Source: Elusimicrobiota bacterium
Lineage (GTDB): Bacteria; Elusimicrobiota; Elusimicrobia; UBA1565
Assembly: GCA_043827405.1 (NCBI GenBank)
Contig: JBDRPD010000039.1
Span: 1 to 64,000 of the forward strand
Length of the DNA: 64,000 bases
Reading direction: 5' to 3'
Part shown: positions 25,806-36,176 of the stretch, in pieces
Layout of the letters: every line of letters starts with the position of its first letter
Numbering within the stretch: the first letter of the stretch is position 1
Program-made: the position numbers and the translations under genes
Notes under the pieces: model-generated
Database searches by the model: none
Told to the model about the DNA's origin: nothing
Seen by the model: the letters and a program-made list of their open reading frames with translations, nothing else

Positions 25806-27733
25806 TCAAGTCCCTGCTCCTGTGCGCCGTGCTCTCCCCGGCCGCCGCCGAGACCTCGCTGCCTGCGCCGCGCTCCGTTCCGCCCGGCATGGTCCGCTCC
25901 ACCGCGACCGGCGGAGTCAGCTGGAAGACCCCGCTGGAGCGCAAGCGCGCCCTGATGATGGCGGATCTCCTGGTGCGGGAGGGGCGGCTCGCGGAGGCCG
26001 AGTCCTGGACCAGCGAGCGGGCCGCCGCGGATCCGCAGCGCCAGGAATGGCTCCTGCGGCTGGCACGCATCTACGCGGCGCAAATGAACAGCGCCGCGGC
26101 GGTCGGACTTTATCAGCAGCTGCTGGATTCCCAGGGCGAGGACCCGGGGCTGTTCATCAGCCTGGGGCAGGCGGCGCTCGCGGCGCGGGAACCGCGCATC
26201 GCCCGGCAAGCCTTTCTGCGCGCGCGCGCCATGACGCCCGATCCTGTTATCCCCTATTACCTTTCCGAGCTGGAATTTTCCGCCGGCCGGACACGCCGCG
26301 GGCGGAAGTGGGCGCGGACCGCGCTCAAAGAATTGGGTGAGCCCAGGACCTTGCCGGAGTTTCATATGAACCTGCGCCTGCGCTCGCGCTTCGGCTGGAA
26401 GGACAGCATTAACGAGGAGTTCGGCCGCCTCTACGACAAGCATCCCCGTGAGCCGGGAATTCTGGCGGATTGGACGAGAACGCTCACCGGCCAAGGTTTT
26501 CCGGAGGCGGCGGCGGAGCCGCTGGCCCTGCTGCGCGAGCGCTTCCCGTCCGAGGAGCTCTCGTGGCGCCGGCTCGAAGCGGAGCGCCTGCGCCGCCTGG
26601 AGGAGGAAGACGCCCTCGATGCTCATCTGCGCGTGAGCATGCTTAAGTTTCCCGGCCGGCCGTCTTTGCTCAGCGCCATGGCCAATCTTGAGCGGCGGCG
26701 GGAGAATTGGTGCTGCGCCGAAGAATATTACACACGCGTGCGTGAATTCATCGACTACCGCCAGTCCGCCGAGGCGTCGCTGCGGGACGCGCGCTGGAAG
26801 TGGCACCACTATTCCGGTCCGTTCTACCGCTGGCGGGACTCGACCAGCGCCCGCGCGACCGAGGTCGGCGTCGCTTATTCCGGCATGCCGTGGCGGCATA
26901 TCCGGGTCGAGGCGGAGGCCTCGCGGGATGCTCTGGTGCGCCGGTCGCGGGCGACGCGGCATCAGCTCGTGGGGGGTACGGTGTCGGCGGCCTATGAGCG
27001 GCCGTTGGGGACCGCCGGACTCTCGGCGGACTACCGGTCGGGGGACGATCTGACGGCGCTTTCTCCGCTGATTTTCGGGCGCTGGAAGCCGGTACCCGCG
27101 TGGCGCTTCGAGGGCGAGGCGCAGCTGGCTCAGGCGTGGCGCAATTCGGTGTCGGCGCTGGCCGCGGGGGGAAAGCGGAGCATGGCCAACATGTCGGCGA
27201 GCTGGAACCCCTGGGGTTCCCTGCGTTTCGGCGGCCGCTACCGGCACTACCGCATGAAAGTCAGCAACGGCGGACGCTCCACCCAGAACACGCTGGAGCC
27301 GAGCGCCGCGGTAAACTTGCTCAACCGTCCGGTCTATGTGGGCGCCGGCTACCGCTACGTGATGCAGAATACGGCATCGGACGAGGCCTTCCTTTCCCTG
27401 CTTTCGATTTCACCGCGTTCACGCGTGCACTACGTCACCCTGTCGGCCGGGAAGTACCTGCTTGATGATCGCCTGCGCGTCGACGGCTACGTCTTCAACG
27501 GCCACGACGACCGGCGCGGCCGCAAATTCGGCACCGACGATCTCATCGGATTTGGCCTGAACCTCGCCGTATATACGGGCCGTTTGCGATGGCTTGCCTC
27601 CTACAACAACTCCAGGGAAGAAGAGTCCGGCATCGTCGGCCGCAGCCAGGGCTTTTACGCAGCAGTGCAGTGGCGCTGGAAACCCAGAGCCGTCTGCCGG
27701 GAATGGGAGCATTACGATGACAGAAAACGATAA
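25802..27733 (+). CDS. TPR plus outer-membrane beta-barrel protein (PelB C-terminal-like export porin)
   Basis: Signal peptide, TPRs, then alternating aromatic beta-strands ending in GFYAAVQWRW. Confidence 0.7.
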   Translation: MIKSLLLCAVLSPAAAETSLPAPRSVPPGMVRSTATGGVSWKTPLERKRALMMADLLVREGRLAEAESWTSERAAADPQRQEWLLRLARIYAAQMNSAAAVGLYQQLLDSQGEDPGLFISLGQAALAAREPRIARQAFLRARAMTPDPVIPYYLSELEFSAGRTRRGRKWARTALKELGEPRTLPEFHMNLRLRSRFGWKDSINEEFGRLYDKHPREPGILADWTRTLTGQGFPEAAAEPLALLRERFPSEELSWRRLEAERLRRLEEEDALDAHLRVSMLKFPGRPSLLSAMANLERRRENWCCAEEYYTRVREFIDYRQSAEASLRDARWKWHHYSGPFYRWRDSTSARATEVGVAYSGMPWRHIRVEAEASRDALVRRSRATRHQLVGGTVSAAYERPLGTAGLSADYRSGDDLTALSPLIFGRWKPVPAWRFEGEAQLAQAWRNSVSALAAGGKRSMANMSASWNPWGSLRFGGRYRHYRMKVSNGGRSTQNTLEPSAAVNLLNRPVYVGAGYRYVMQNTASDEAFLSLLSISPRSRVHYVTLSAGKYLLDDRLRVDGYVFNGHDDRRGRKFGTDDLIGFGLNLAVYTGRLRWLASYNNSREEESGIVGRSQGFYAAVQWRWKPRAVCREWEHYDDRKR

Positions 27734-30326
27734 ACAACACGACAGCGAAAAGGATATAGACGATTTCGACGGCGACGAGCTGGCCGCCGAGCGCAGCGCT
27801 TTGGCCGAGAAGAAGCGGACCTGGGAGCGCGAGCGTGAGATCGTAAAGCAGGCATTGGAAGACAAGGAGAAGGAGGCGGAGGAGAAGCTCGCCGCGGCGC
27901 GGCGCGAGGCGGAAGAGAAGAATCAAATTGCGGAGGAGGCGCGGGCCGCGGCGGCGGAAGCTTCGGCCGCGAAGGAGCGGGAGCTCGCCGCGGCGCAGGA
28001 AGAGTACGCCAGGAAAGAGCGGGAGCGCAGCCTGGCGCGGGAGGAGTTTGAACGCAAAGAGCAGGAGCGGGCCGCGGCGCAGACGGAGGTCGAGCGCTGG
28101 AAGCGTGAGGCCGCCGAAGAACGCCGGCTCGCCGCGGAGAAAGAGAAGGAGCTCTCCGCGCAGGCGGCGGCGGCCAGGGACGCCTTGGCGGAGAAAATGC
28201 GGGCGGCCGAGGAAGCGAAAAAAGCCGGGGAAGCGAAGCTGGCCGCTAATGAGCGGGCCGCCCGCCGCGCGATGAGCAAGGCTCGTGAGGAGCTGGCGCA
28301 AAAAGAGAAAACGCTCGAGATGAAGATCGCCGAGCGGAGGATTCAGAAGCTCGAAGAGGCGATGGCCGAGGCCAGATCGTTTCTGAAAGAAAAGCAAAAG
28401 GCCGCGGGTGTCGAGCCCCCGGCGCCGGCCGCGCAAGTTCCGAGCGAGGCCGCGGCGAGAGCCGCCGCCGCCGCCGAAGCTGCCGGCAAAGCCGCCGCCG
28501 CCGCGCAGGCGGCCGCTGAGGCCGCGCAGGCCGCCGCCGCGCAAGCGGCAGCGCCGCCCAAGGCTGAGGTGCCGAAGGTCGAAGTCGAGCCGCCCAGGAA
28601 AGAAGAGAAGAAAGCCGAGATTGAACCGGTCAAGACCGAACAGAAGAAGGCCGAGGTCGTAGCGCCCAAGGTCGAAGAGAAGAAAGCTGAGATTGAACCG
28701 GCCAAGATCGAAGAGAAGAAAGCTGCGGTGGAACCGGCCAAGATCGAAGACAAGAAGGTTGAGATCGTCCCGCCTCCGGCCGAAGTGAAGAAGGCGGATA
28801 GGCCGGCGGAGAAAGCCGTCGCCGCGGTGACGGCGGGCGCTATGGCGTCGATTCCCGCGGCGAAAGCGCCGGATCAGCAAACGGAGGCGGAAAAAGCCGC
28901 GGCCGAGAAGGTCGCGGCTGCGGAAAAGGAGAGAGCCAAGCACGAGAAGAAGACCGGGGAGAGCCAGGCCGGCAAAGGGAGCAAGAGCTGGCTTTTTGAG
29001 CTGCCGATTTTTTATCTCATCCTCTACGGCATTCAGCATTTCGCCTTCCCGGAAAACCATGGCTTTCGCGCGACCAATCCCAATCCCTACTGGATCGGCA
29101 TCCTGCTCTTCAGCTTGCGCTACGGCACGGGCTCGGGCGTCGTTTCGGGCATGGTCTCCGCCGCCCTTTACTGCTGGGGCTTCCAGCAGGCGGGCGAGGG
29201 CTACCGGCTCGAGGATTCCGACTTCTACTTCCAGCCCGGTCTCTTCGTCGTCATGGGCGCGGCGATCGGCGGGGTGGCCGACAAGTTCGCCCTGCGCGTC
29301 TCGTCTTTGAATATGCGCATCGGAGACCTGCTCGAGAAAGTGCGCGGCCTGCAAAAGCAGATCGTGTCGGAGCAGAAAGTTCTGCGCGCGGTCGAACAGC
29401 AGGTCGTCTCCCAGATGTCTTCGATCGTGACGCTGTTCCATGGCTCGCGCGAGCTCGGCACGCTGGATGCGGTCGAGCTGCTGCCGAAGATCCTGACCTT
29501 CTTCACTACGGCGCTCAAGGCGACCAAGACGAGCATCTACATCCCCCAGGACGGGACGTGGGTGCTGCTGGAGCAGTACGGTTGGGAAGAGAACGACGAC
29601 TATATCCGCACCGAGGAGAAGGGACAGGGCTTGGTCGGCCGGGCGGCGGCGGAGCGCCGCGTGCTGAGCATCAAGGATGTCTTCACCGCGGAGCTCGACG
29701 GGAAGAAGCCGGCCTACCGGTCGGACGCGATGATGGCGGCGCCGATCTGCGATCCTGACGGCGAGCCCGTCGCGGTCTTTGCCGTGCAGGCGATGGAGTT
29801 TATGCGCTTTAACAGCGCCAGCGTCAACCTGCTGTCCCTGCTCGCCGAATGGGGTACCGAGTCGATCGCCAAGTGCCGGCATGTCGCGGAGCTCAAGTCG
29901 CTCTCGGTGCTGGACGCCGAGTTCGCGGTGCACAGCACAAGCTACTTCGAAAAGCAGGTGGCGCAGGAGTTCGGACGCTGCCAGCGCTATGCCCTGCCGT
30001 TCTCGCTGATGTTCGTGGCGCCGAAATTCCATGCCGATTTGCCGGAAGAGAAGCGCACGGCGCTCCTGCATGTCGTGGCCCGCGTGCTGCGTGAGGTCAC
30101 GCGCAAGATCGACGTGGTGGCGCGGACGACGCACGATTTTGCGCCGTTCGCGGTCATAATGACGACGACGACGGTGGATAATGCCGAGGGGCTGCGGCGG
30201 AGGCTGCAGGAAGCGTTCGCCAAGATGGCGCTGCCGGCCGATATCCGGCTCGGCATCGGGTCCTATCGCGCCGATATGAAGGAAAAGGAGGAGATTATTG
30301 AGCAAGCAAGAGCGGAGCTCGGTTAA
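27717..30326 (+). CDS. pelD: PelD-like c-di-GMP receptor (TM + GAF + degenerate GGDEF) with a ~420-aa N-terminal coiled-coil/repeat extension
   Basis: NPNPYWIGILLFSLRYGTGSG TM block, GAF domain, QEFGRCQRYALPFSL, RxxD I-site RKID, no GGDEF. ATG 27717 has GGGAG upstream. Confidence 0.7.
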   Translation: MTENDKQHDSEKDIDDFDGDELAAERSALAEKKRTWEREREIVKQALEDKEKEAEEKLAAARREAEEKNQIAEEARAAAAEASAAKERELAAAQEEYARKERERSLAREEFERKEQERAAAQTEVERWKREAAEERRLAAEKEKELSAQAAAARDALAEKMRAAEEAKKAGEAKLAANERAARRAMSKAREELAQKEKTLEMKIAERRIQKLEEAMAEARSFLKEKQKAAGVEPPAPAAQVPSEAAARAAAAAEAAGKAAAAAQAAAEAAQAAAAQAAAPPKAEVPKVEVEPPRKEEKKAEIEPVKTEQKKAEVVAPKVEEKKAEIEPAKIEEKKAAVEPAKIEDKKVEIVPPPAEVKKADRPAEKAVAAVTAGAMASIPAAKAPDQQTEAEKAAAEKVAAAEKERAKHEKKTGESQAGKGSKSWLFELPIFYLILYGIQHFAFPENHGFRATNPNPYWIGILLFSLRYGTGSGVVSGMVSAALYCWGFQQAGEGYRLEDSDFYFQPGLFVVMGAAIGGVADKFALRVSSLNMRIGDLLEKVRGLQKQIVSEQKVLRAVEQQVVSQMSSIVTLFHGSRELGTLDAVELLPKILTFFTTALKATKTSIYIPQDGTWVLLEQYGWEENDDYIRTEEKGQGLVGRAAAERRVLSIKDVFTAELDGKKPAYRSDAMMAAPICDPDGEPVAVFAVQAMEFMRFNSASVNLLSLLAEWGTESIAKCRHVAELKSLSVLDAEFAVHSTSYFEKQVAQEFGRCQRYALPFSLMFVAPKFHADLPEEKRTALLHVVARVLREVTRKIDVVARTTHDFAPFAVIMTTTTVDNAEGLRRRLQEAFAKMALPADIRLGIGSYRADMKEKEEIIEQARAELG
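28575..28775 (+). repeat. 36-bp (12-aa) tandem repeat, about 5.5 copies, within the pelD-like gene
   Basis: KVEVEPPRKEEK / KAEIEPVKTEQK / KAEVVAPKVEEK / KAEIEPAKIEEK / KAAVEPAKIEDK / KVEIVPP. Confidence 0.85.
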
Positions 30327-31341
30327 CCTCCGCTTCATCCTGCTGTGGCTGCTCGCGGGCCTGCTGGAGGCGCCGCTGCTGGCGCTTATGCTCGGCTGGC
30401 CGTCCACTATCCCGGCATGGGCGGGCGTGCTCATGCACATTTTGGCGGCTGGCTTGGTATTTCTTGCCCCGCCCCGGGAAAAAGGCTATTTCCGGCATAC
30501 CCGTCACTGGGGTGAGTCGCTGGGCATCGTCACCCTGTTTCTTCCGGGGATCGGCTGGTGCCTGAGCGGCTGGGTGGTGCTCACCAATTCCAAAGCTCCC
30601 TACGACAAGGAAGCATATATCTTTGAAGATGAAGCGGAAGAGGAGGTTAATCCCCTCGCCGGGCTGGGCTCGCAGGAAGCCCTGCAAGGGGAGCTTGCCG
30701 ACGCTTTGGACGTGATCCCCGCCGTCGACGCCCTGCTGAGCAATGTCCCCGGGCTCAAGCGCGGAGCGATCGAGACGTTGGCGCGCATCCAGAGCCCGGA
30801 AGCCATCAGCTGGCTGCACAAGGCCCGCGGCGACGATGACCCCGAGGTGCGCTTCTACGCCACTACGGCGCTGACACGGCTCAATCATGATTTTGATACC
30901 GCCATCCGCGCCGCGGAGCGCGAGGTCTACAAGAACCCCGGCGAGCTGCCGCCGCAGATCGCCCTGCAGCGCGTGCGCTATGAGTATGCCTGCTCGGGGA
31001 TGCTCGAAGAGGAGGCCCGCGAAGGCCTGCTGCTGGAGTGCCGCGCCCGGCTGACGACCATGTTTGAGCGGGTCCCTGAGGCCGCGCGGCTGCTGTACTT
31101 GGTGGAACGCCGGTTGGATTCGGAACGCGCCTTCAGCATGCTTGATTATTTGGAAAAGGAGATGCCCGAACAATTCCGGCGCTGGACCAAGGAGCGGGCA
31201 GAGCTGCTGTTCTCTTTGGGGCGCTACGGTGACGCGCGCGCGGTTCTGCGCGGGCGTCTTGAGCGGGTCGCGGTGACGGATGCGGAGACCGTCGAGGATC
31301 GCGAGTGGAACTCAACTCTGCTGTGGTGGGCGAATGATTAG
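30298..31341 (+). CDS. pelE: PelE-like membrane protein with HEAT/TPR-like helical domain
   Basis: N-terminal TMs (LFLPGIG); LHKARGDDDPEVRFYATTAL resembles PelE; between pelD and pelF; TTG start preceded by AGGAGGAG. Confidence 0.6.
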   Translation: MSKQERSSVNLRFILLWLLAGLLEAPLLALMLGWPSTIPAWAGVLMHILAAGLVFLAPPREKGYFRHTRHWGESLGIVTLFLPGIGWCLSGWVVLTNSKAPYDKEAYIFEDEAEEEVNPLAGLGSQEALQGELADALDVIPAVDALLSNVPGLKRGAIETLARIQSPEAISWLHKARGDDDPEVRFYATTALTRLNHDFDTAIRAAEREVYKNPGELPPQIALQRVRYEYACSGMLEEEAREGLLLECRARLTTMFERVPEAARLLYLVERRLDSERAFSMLDYLEKEMPEQFRRWTKERAELLFSLGRYGDARAVLRGRLERVAVTDAETVEDREWNSTLLWWAND

Positions 31342-33289
31342 CGTCACCGAAAGCGATTTCGCCTTCATGAGCGAGATGGAGCGCTATGATGCGTTCCAGC
31401 ATCTTTATCATTCGCATGATCCGGCGGACGCCGAGCTGCTTAAGCGGCTTTACGAAAGTCCCGATCCCCTCATCCCGCTTATTCTGCTGCGCTATCTCGA
31501 GGACCTCCCGGAGAAGCCGGCCTGCCTGGCTATTATCCGCCTCATCGAGGGAGGAAACCGGGTTGTCGCCAAGACCGCGATGCGCGCCTATGAGCGGACC
31601 CATTATCCGGGCAAGGCGCGGCTGCTCAAGCAGACCATCCTCTCGCCCGTATACCGGGCCTGCCGCTTTGCGGTGCGCACGCTTTCGCGCGCCGGCTTTA
31701 TGGACATCCTGCCGCTGATCCTGCGCGAAATCCCCGAACGCGAGAACCCGATCCTCGCGGTTATGATCGACGCGCTCCGCTATCTGCCGCATCGGCGCAG
31801 TATCCCGGTCCTGCAGCCTTTCGCGGACTCCGCCGATGAGCCGACGCGGTATCTCGCGGTCGACGTGCTGGCGGCCCTGCAGGCGCGCACGCGGGCGCTG
31901 CCGGTAACGTTCTTCCTGCGCCAGCTCAAAGACGACTCCGACCGCGTGCGCAGCATAGCGCTGCAGGCGCTGCAGCGCTTCCCGAGCCGCCGGGTGCAGC
32001 CGATGATCCTGAAGCTCGCCACCAGCAAGGACGAGCCGGAAGAGTCGCGGGTGCGTGCGATTCGGGCGCTGGACGCCTTCCCCTCCGTGCAGACCGTGCA
32101 TGCGGTGACTTTGCTCGCGGCCGATGAGGACGCCGCCGCGATCCGGCTTTCTTCTGAAATCGTCTTGCGGTCATTTCCGGAAAAGGTTCTGCGTAAAGGC
32201 CTGCTGCCGTTTCTTGAAGACAAGGATCCCGTGCGCCGCAAGCAGGCGGCCTTCTTTCTCGCGGAGTTCCTCGGGCAGGATCCGCAGGTGCGGCAGGTGA
32301 TTCTTGATCTATGGCGCGGCAGCGACGAGCTGGAGGCGCTCGATATGGTCGACGCCCTGCGTACGCTGGGCGGTACGGAGACGATCGCGCTGCTGCGGGA
32401 GACGATCGGGAAGAGTCCCGTTCTCGCCTACGCCGCCGCCAATGCCCTGGCGTATATGCGTGGAGCGGAAGCCGGCCGGACAGCTTTCGAGATGTGCCGG
32501 GACCCCGCGCTCAATCCCGTCATGCGTCAGGTTCTGATGAGCCGCTGGGTTAAACGCGGGCCGGATGAGGCTATTCGGGACGCGCTGCTGCCGATGATGC
32601 TGGAAAGTCTCACAAATCCGGTCATGAATATCCGCTATGTCGCCGCTCAGTCCCTGGTATGGTATCCGCTCACGGACACCCTGCCGGGCCTCCTCGAGCT
32701 GTTGGTTGTCGAGCGAAACTCGGATGTCGCGCGAACGGCGACCAGCCAGATATCGCGCGGTCTGGGGCGCAACCCGCTGCCCCTGATCGAGGCGCTGCGC
32801 ACACATGCCGAGCATTCCCGGCTCACCAGCCATGCGGTGCATATTCTGCTTAGTAGAAGCTGGGACATCTTGCATGCCGGGAAGCTGATGGACGCCTTAT
32901 GCGGCCCGCCGTTCCGGCTGCCGGATGAGCACCCCAAGCGCTTTATCGCGGTATGCCTGCATCTGTATGAGCATAACTCTGTGACCCTGCAGGATATATG
33001 GTTTCGCCTCGGCAGCCGGGAGCTCGTGCGGCTGCTGCTGCGGATGCTGGTGAGCGCCGCGAGAAATCCGTACCGGCGCTTTCCGCTGCTGCCGCTTGCC
33101 TTCCTTGAACTGCAGATCACGCTGGCGGACCCGGAGACCCGCCGGCTGTTTTATGATGCGCTCGCGGTGGAGGGCCGTGACGAGGCCGCCGAGTACCTGG
33201 CCGCGGCGATCGTGCGCGAACAGGACGCGGAAGGCGTGCGTCACGGGGTCGCCCACTTGCAGCGGCTGCTGCGGGAGGAGGCACGATGA
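31334..33289 (+). CDS. HEAT-repeat protein
   Basis: Repeats such as LKDDSDRVRSIALQAL, EDKDPVRRKQAAFFL and TNPVMNIRYVAAQSL. ATG 31334 overlaps the upstream gene end. Confidence 0.75.
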   Translation: MISVTESDFAFMSEMERYDAFQHLYHSHDPADAELLKRLYESPDPLIPLILLRYLEDLPEKPACLAIIRLIEGGNRVVAKTAMRAYERTHYPGKARLLKQTILSPVYRACRFAVRTLSRAGFMDILPLILREIPERENPILAVMIDALRYLPHRRSIPVLQPFADSADEPTRYLAVDVLAALQARTRALPVTFFLRQLKDDSDRVRSIALQALQRFPSRRVQPMILKLATSKDEPEESRVRAIRALDAFPSVQTVHAVTLLAADEDAAAIRLSSEIVLRSFPEKVLRKGLLPFLEDKDPVRRKQAAFFLAEFLGQDPQVRQVILDLWRGSDELEALDMVDALRTLGGTETIALLRETIGKSPVLAYAAANALAYMRGAEAGRTAFEMCRDPALNPVMRQVLMSRWVKRGPDEAIRDALLPMMLESLTNPVMNIRYVAAQSLVWYPLTDTLPGLLELLVVERNSDVARTATSQISRGLGRNPLPLIEALRTHAEHSRLTSHAVHILLSRSWDILHAGKLMDALCGPPFRLPDEHPKRFIAVCLHLYEHNSVTLQDIWFRLGSRELVRLLLRMLVSAARNPYRRFPLLPLAFLELQITLADPETRRLFYDALAVEGRDEAAEYLAAAIVREQDAEGVRHGVAHLQRLLREEAR

Positions 33290-34758
33290 CCGACGTCTGC
33301 CTCATCCTCGAGGGGACCTATCCGTTCGTGTCGGGCGGCGTCGCTACCTGGATTCATCAGTTGATCACCGCGATGCCCGATATCCGGTTTTCGATTTTGA
33401 GCATCTCGCCTTTTCCCAATCCGCATCGCGAGTACAAGTACAAGCTGCCGGCCAACGTCACCGACATCCAGGATGTCTTCCTGCACGACATTAAAAACCG
33501 CGGCCGCTACTCATCCCGCGGGGATCGCCGCCGTACCGTTGAGCGTCTGCGAGAGGTCCAGGACAAGCTGCTGGCCGGGGATCTCGACGTCTTTCCCGAG
33601 CTGCTGCCGCTGTTTCGTGATAAGGGGAAAGGGCTGTCCTTCGTCGATACTTTCGAGGCGGAAGAGACCTGGGAGCACCTGACGCAAGTCTACGAGCGCT
33701 ATGCCGAGGATGTGTCGTTTCTTGATTATTTTTGGACCACCCGCTCCATTATTTTGCCGCTGTTGAATACGATGCAGTGCTCCCTGCCCCCGGCGCGCCT
33801 ATATCACGTCGTATCCACCGGTTATGCCGGGCTCCTGGCATGCATCGCCAAGCATACCCAGGACGCGGGGGTGCTGCTGACCGAGCACGGCGTCTACACC
33901 CATGAGCGGCTGTTGGAGATCTCGCAGGCGACCTGGATCTATACGCCGCATCGCGAGCGTTTCCGGGTGCAGCAGGAGCTGTCCTACTTCAAACGGGTAT
34001 GGCTCGGCTTCTTTGAGCTGCTGGGCAAGCTGACCTACCGCAATGCCGACGAGATTATCACCTTGTTTGAAGGCAATAAGCTCAAGCAGATCGCCGCCGG
34101 CGCGCCGCCGGAGAAGATCAGCATCATCCATAACGGGATCGACCTCGCCTACTATGCCAATATCCCGCTCAAGTCGCAGGCTTCGCGGAAGAAGACCGTG
34201 GCGTTTATCGGCCGTGTTGTGAACATTAAGGATGTAAAGACCTTCCTGCATATGGCCAAGATCGTGCACCATGCGCGGCCCGCGACGAAGTTCCTGGTGA
34301 TCGGGCCGACCGACGAGGAGCCGGACTATACCCAGGAGTGCCGCGATCTGGTGCGCACGCTCGGGGTCGAGGGGTTCGTCAGCTTTCTCGGCAAGGTCGA
34401 TATGAAGGACTGGTACTCGCAGATCGACTTGGTTGTCCTGACCAGCCTGTCGGAGGCTCAGCCTTATGTGATCCTGGAAGCCAGCGCGGTCGGCATCCCC
34501 GTCGTCGCCACCGATGTCGGCGCCTGCCGCGAGATGCTCGAGGGCCGCGAGGGAGATGATCGTCTGCTCGGGCCGAGCGGCCTATTGACCGGCGTGGCCC
34601 ATCCGGAGGAGACCGCCGACGCGGTGGTGAAGCTGCTTGACGATCCTGAGCTGTGGAGCGCCATGTCGGAAGCGGGGCGCAGCCGGGTGGCGCATTTCTA
34701 CGATCAGGATGACCTGATCAGCAAGTATCTCAACATCTACGAAAGGATGATGCGCTGA
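33286..34758 (+). CDS. pelF: PelF GT4 glycosyltransferase (DUF3492 + GT-B)
   Basis: DVCLILEGTYPFVSGGVATW, STGYAG, LTEHGVYTHER, GRVVNIKDVKTF, TSLSEAQP, VVATDVGAC. Confidence 0.95.
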   Translation: MTDVCLILEGTYPFVSGGVATWIHQLITAMPDIRFSILSISPFPNPHREYKYKLPANVTDIQDVFLHDIKNRGRYSSRGDRRRTVERLREVQDKLLAGDLDVFPELLPLFRDKGKGLSFVDTFEAEETWEHLTQVYERYAEDVSFLDYFWTTRSIILPLLNTMQCSLPPARLYHVVSTGYAGLLACIAKHTQDAGVLLTEHGVYTHERLLEISQATWIYTPHRERFRVQQELSYFKRVWLGFFELLGKLTYRNADEIITLFEGNKLKQIAAGAPPEKISIIHNGIDLAYYANIPLKSQASRKKTVAFIGRVVNIKDVKTFLHMAKIVHHARPATKFLVIGPTDEEPDYTQECRDLVRTLGVEGFVSFLGKVDMKDWYSQIDLVVLTSLSEAQPYVILEASAVGIPVVATDVGACREMLEGREGDDRLLGPSGLLTGVAHPEETADAVVKLLDDPELWSAMSEAGRSRVAHFYDQDDLISKYLNIYERMMR

Positions 34759-36176
34759 TGGCGGGCATAGGTTTCCGGCTCAAGAAGCTGCTCAGCGGTG
34801 AAGACTATACCAGCTCGGTGAAAGCCTTCGGCTTCTCGGCGCTGATCACCGCCGGCCCCTTCCTGATTACGGTCGCTTTGGTGGTTTTCGTGCAGTATCT
34901 GTCTTTCGGCAACCTGACCGATCGCGGCATCGCCTATCTGCAGAGCCTGATCACCTACTCCTACGCCTTCTCGCTGATCACGGTGGGGCCGTCCTACCTG
35001 GTGCTTACGCGCTACGTCGCCGACGAGTACTACCGGGGGCATGTCACGAGCTTCGCCGCCTCATTCTTCTCGGCGTATGCGACCAATATCGCCATCTGGG
35101 GTCCGCTCATCCTCTGGTATTATTCGGGTCTGGCCGTGGGCTGGGGGATGAAGCTATGCGCCGTGTCGCTCTATATGACGGCGGTCGGGATGTGGCTGGC
35201 CATGATCTTCCTGTCCGCGGCGCAGAACTATTGGCTGGTGAGCCGGTCCTTTCTGCTGGGGCTGGCGGTGAGCCTGCCGGCCGCCTACGTGCTCGGCTAT
35301 GAGCATGGCCTGCCGGGCTACTTCGCGGGCTTTGTGGCCGGGCAGGCGGTCATCCTGCTGAGCCTGATCGGCTCGATCCTGCGGGAGTTCGGCTACTGGG
35401 AGCCGCGCGATCACAACTGGCGCAGCTACTTCGGCATCCATCCCCGGCTGGCGGGCATCGGCTTCTTTTTCAACGTCGGCATCTGGATCGACAAGTTCCT
35501 GTTCTGGGCGTCGCCGCAGGGAGAGTGGCTGGACCCCCGCCTGCGCTACTCGCCGATCTACGATACGCCGATGTTCATATCCTATATGACGATTCTGCCG
35601 GCGCTGGTATACTTCTTCCTGCTGGTGGAAACGGATTTCTTCTTCAAGTACCAGGCCTACTACCGGGCGCTCTCCGAGCAGGAAGGGCTGTCGGTGCTTG
35701 AGCGCCGGCGCCAGGCGATCGTGAACTCCCTGCGCTTCAACCTCAAGCGGGTGCTGACCGTGCAGGGCATATTCACCGTTTTCGCGATCCTTATCTCGCC
35801 GTGGCTGCTCACTTTTTTCCGGCTCGATCCGCTGCACTTGAGCGTGCTGCGCCTGGGCATCTACTCTTCGTTCGCCCTGGCGGGCTGTCTGTTCTGCATG
35901 AACATCCTGCTGTACTTCGATCACCAGAAAGAGGCGCTGCGCGTGGTGGCGACCTTCTGTTTTCTTAACGGCATCTTCACCGAGGCGAGCCTGCGCATGG
36001 GACTCTTCGCCTACGGCTACGGCTTCGGGCTGGCCAGCCTGGCGGCTCTGGCCTTGGCGGTTTACTACCTCAATTCGCGGCTGAGCCTGCTGCATTTCTG
36101 GACCTTTACGCGTCAGCCGTTCCCGGAGCCCGTTGTCGTTACCGAGGAGCAGATAAGGGAGGAGGAGCTCGCGTGA
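34758..36176 (+). CDS. pelG: PelG exopolysaccharide transporter
   Basis: MAGIGFRLKKLL, TRYVADEYY, GIWIDKFLFW, SPIYDTPMF, VETDFF. Confidence 0.95.
   Translation: MAGIGFRLKKLLSGEDYTSSVKAFGFSALITAGPFLITVALVVFVQYLSFGNLTDRGIAYLQSLITYSYAFSLITVGPSYLVLTRYVADEYYRGHVTSFAASFFSAYATNIAIWGPLILWYYSGLAVGWGMKLCAVSLYMTAVGMWLAMIFLSAAQNYWLVSRSFLLGLAVSLPAAYVLGYEHGLPGYFAGFVAGQAVILLSLIGSILREFGYWEPRDHNWRSYFGIHPRLAGIGFFFNVGIWIDKFLFWASPQGEWLDPRLRYSPIYDTPMFISYMTILPALVYFFLLVETDFFFKYQAYYRALSEQEGLSVLERRRQAIVNSLRFNLKRVLTVQGIFTVFAILISPWLLTFFRLDPLHLSVLRLGIYSSFALAGCLFCMNILLYFDHQKEALRVVATFCFLNGIFTEASLRMGLFAYGYGFGLASLAALALAVYYLNSRLSLLHFWTFTRQPFPEPVVVTEEQIREEELA

Noticed and set aside
28575..28775. 36-bp repeats as a CRISPR array
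   Set aside because: The units are contiguous, degenerate and in-frame coding repeats with no spacers and no cas genes.
27543..30440. 965-aa minus-strand ORF, and other long antisense ORFs (12000-13283, 16289-18037, 25721-27247, 38133-39560, 62659-63684)
   Set aside because: They are antisense shadows of well-supported genes in high-GC DNA and show no recognisable motifs.
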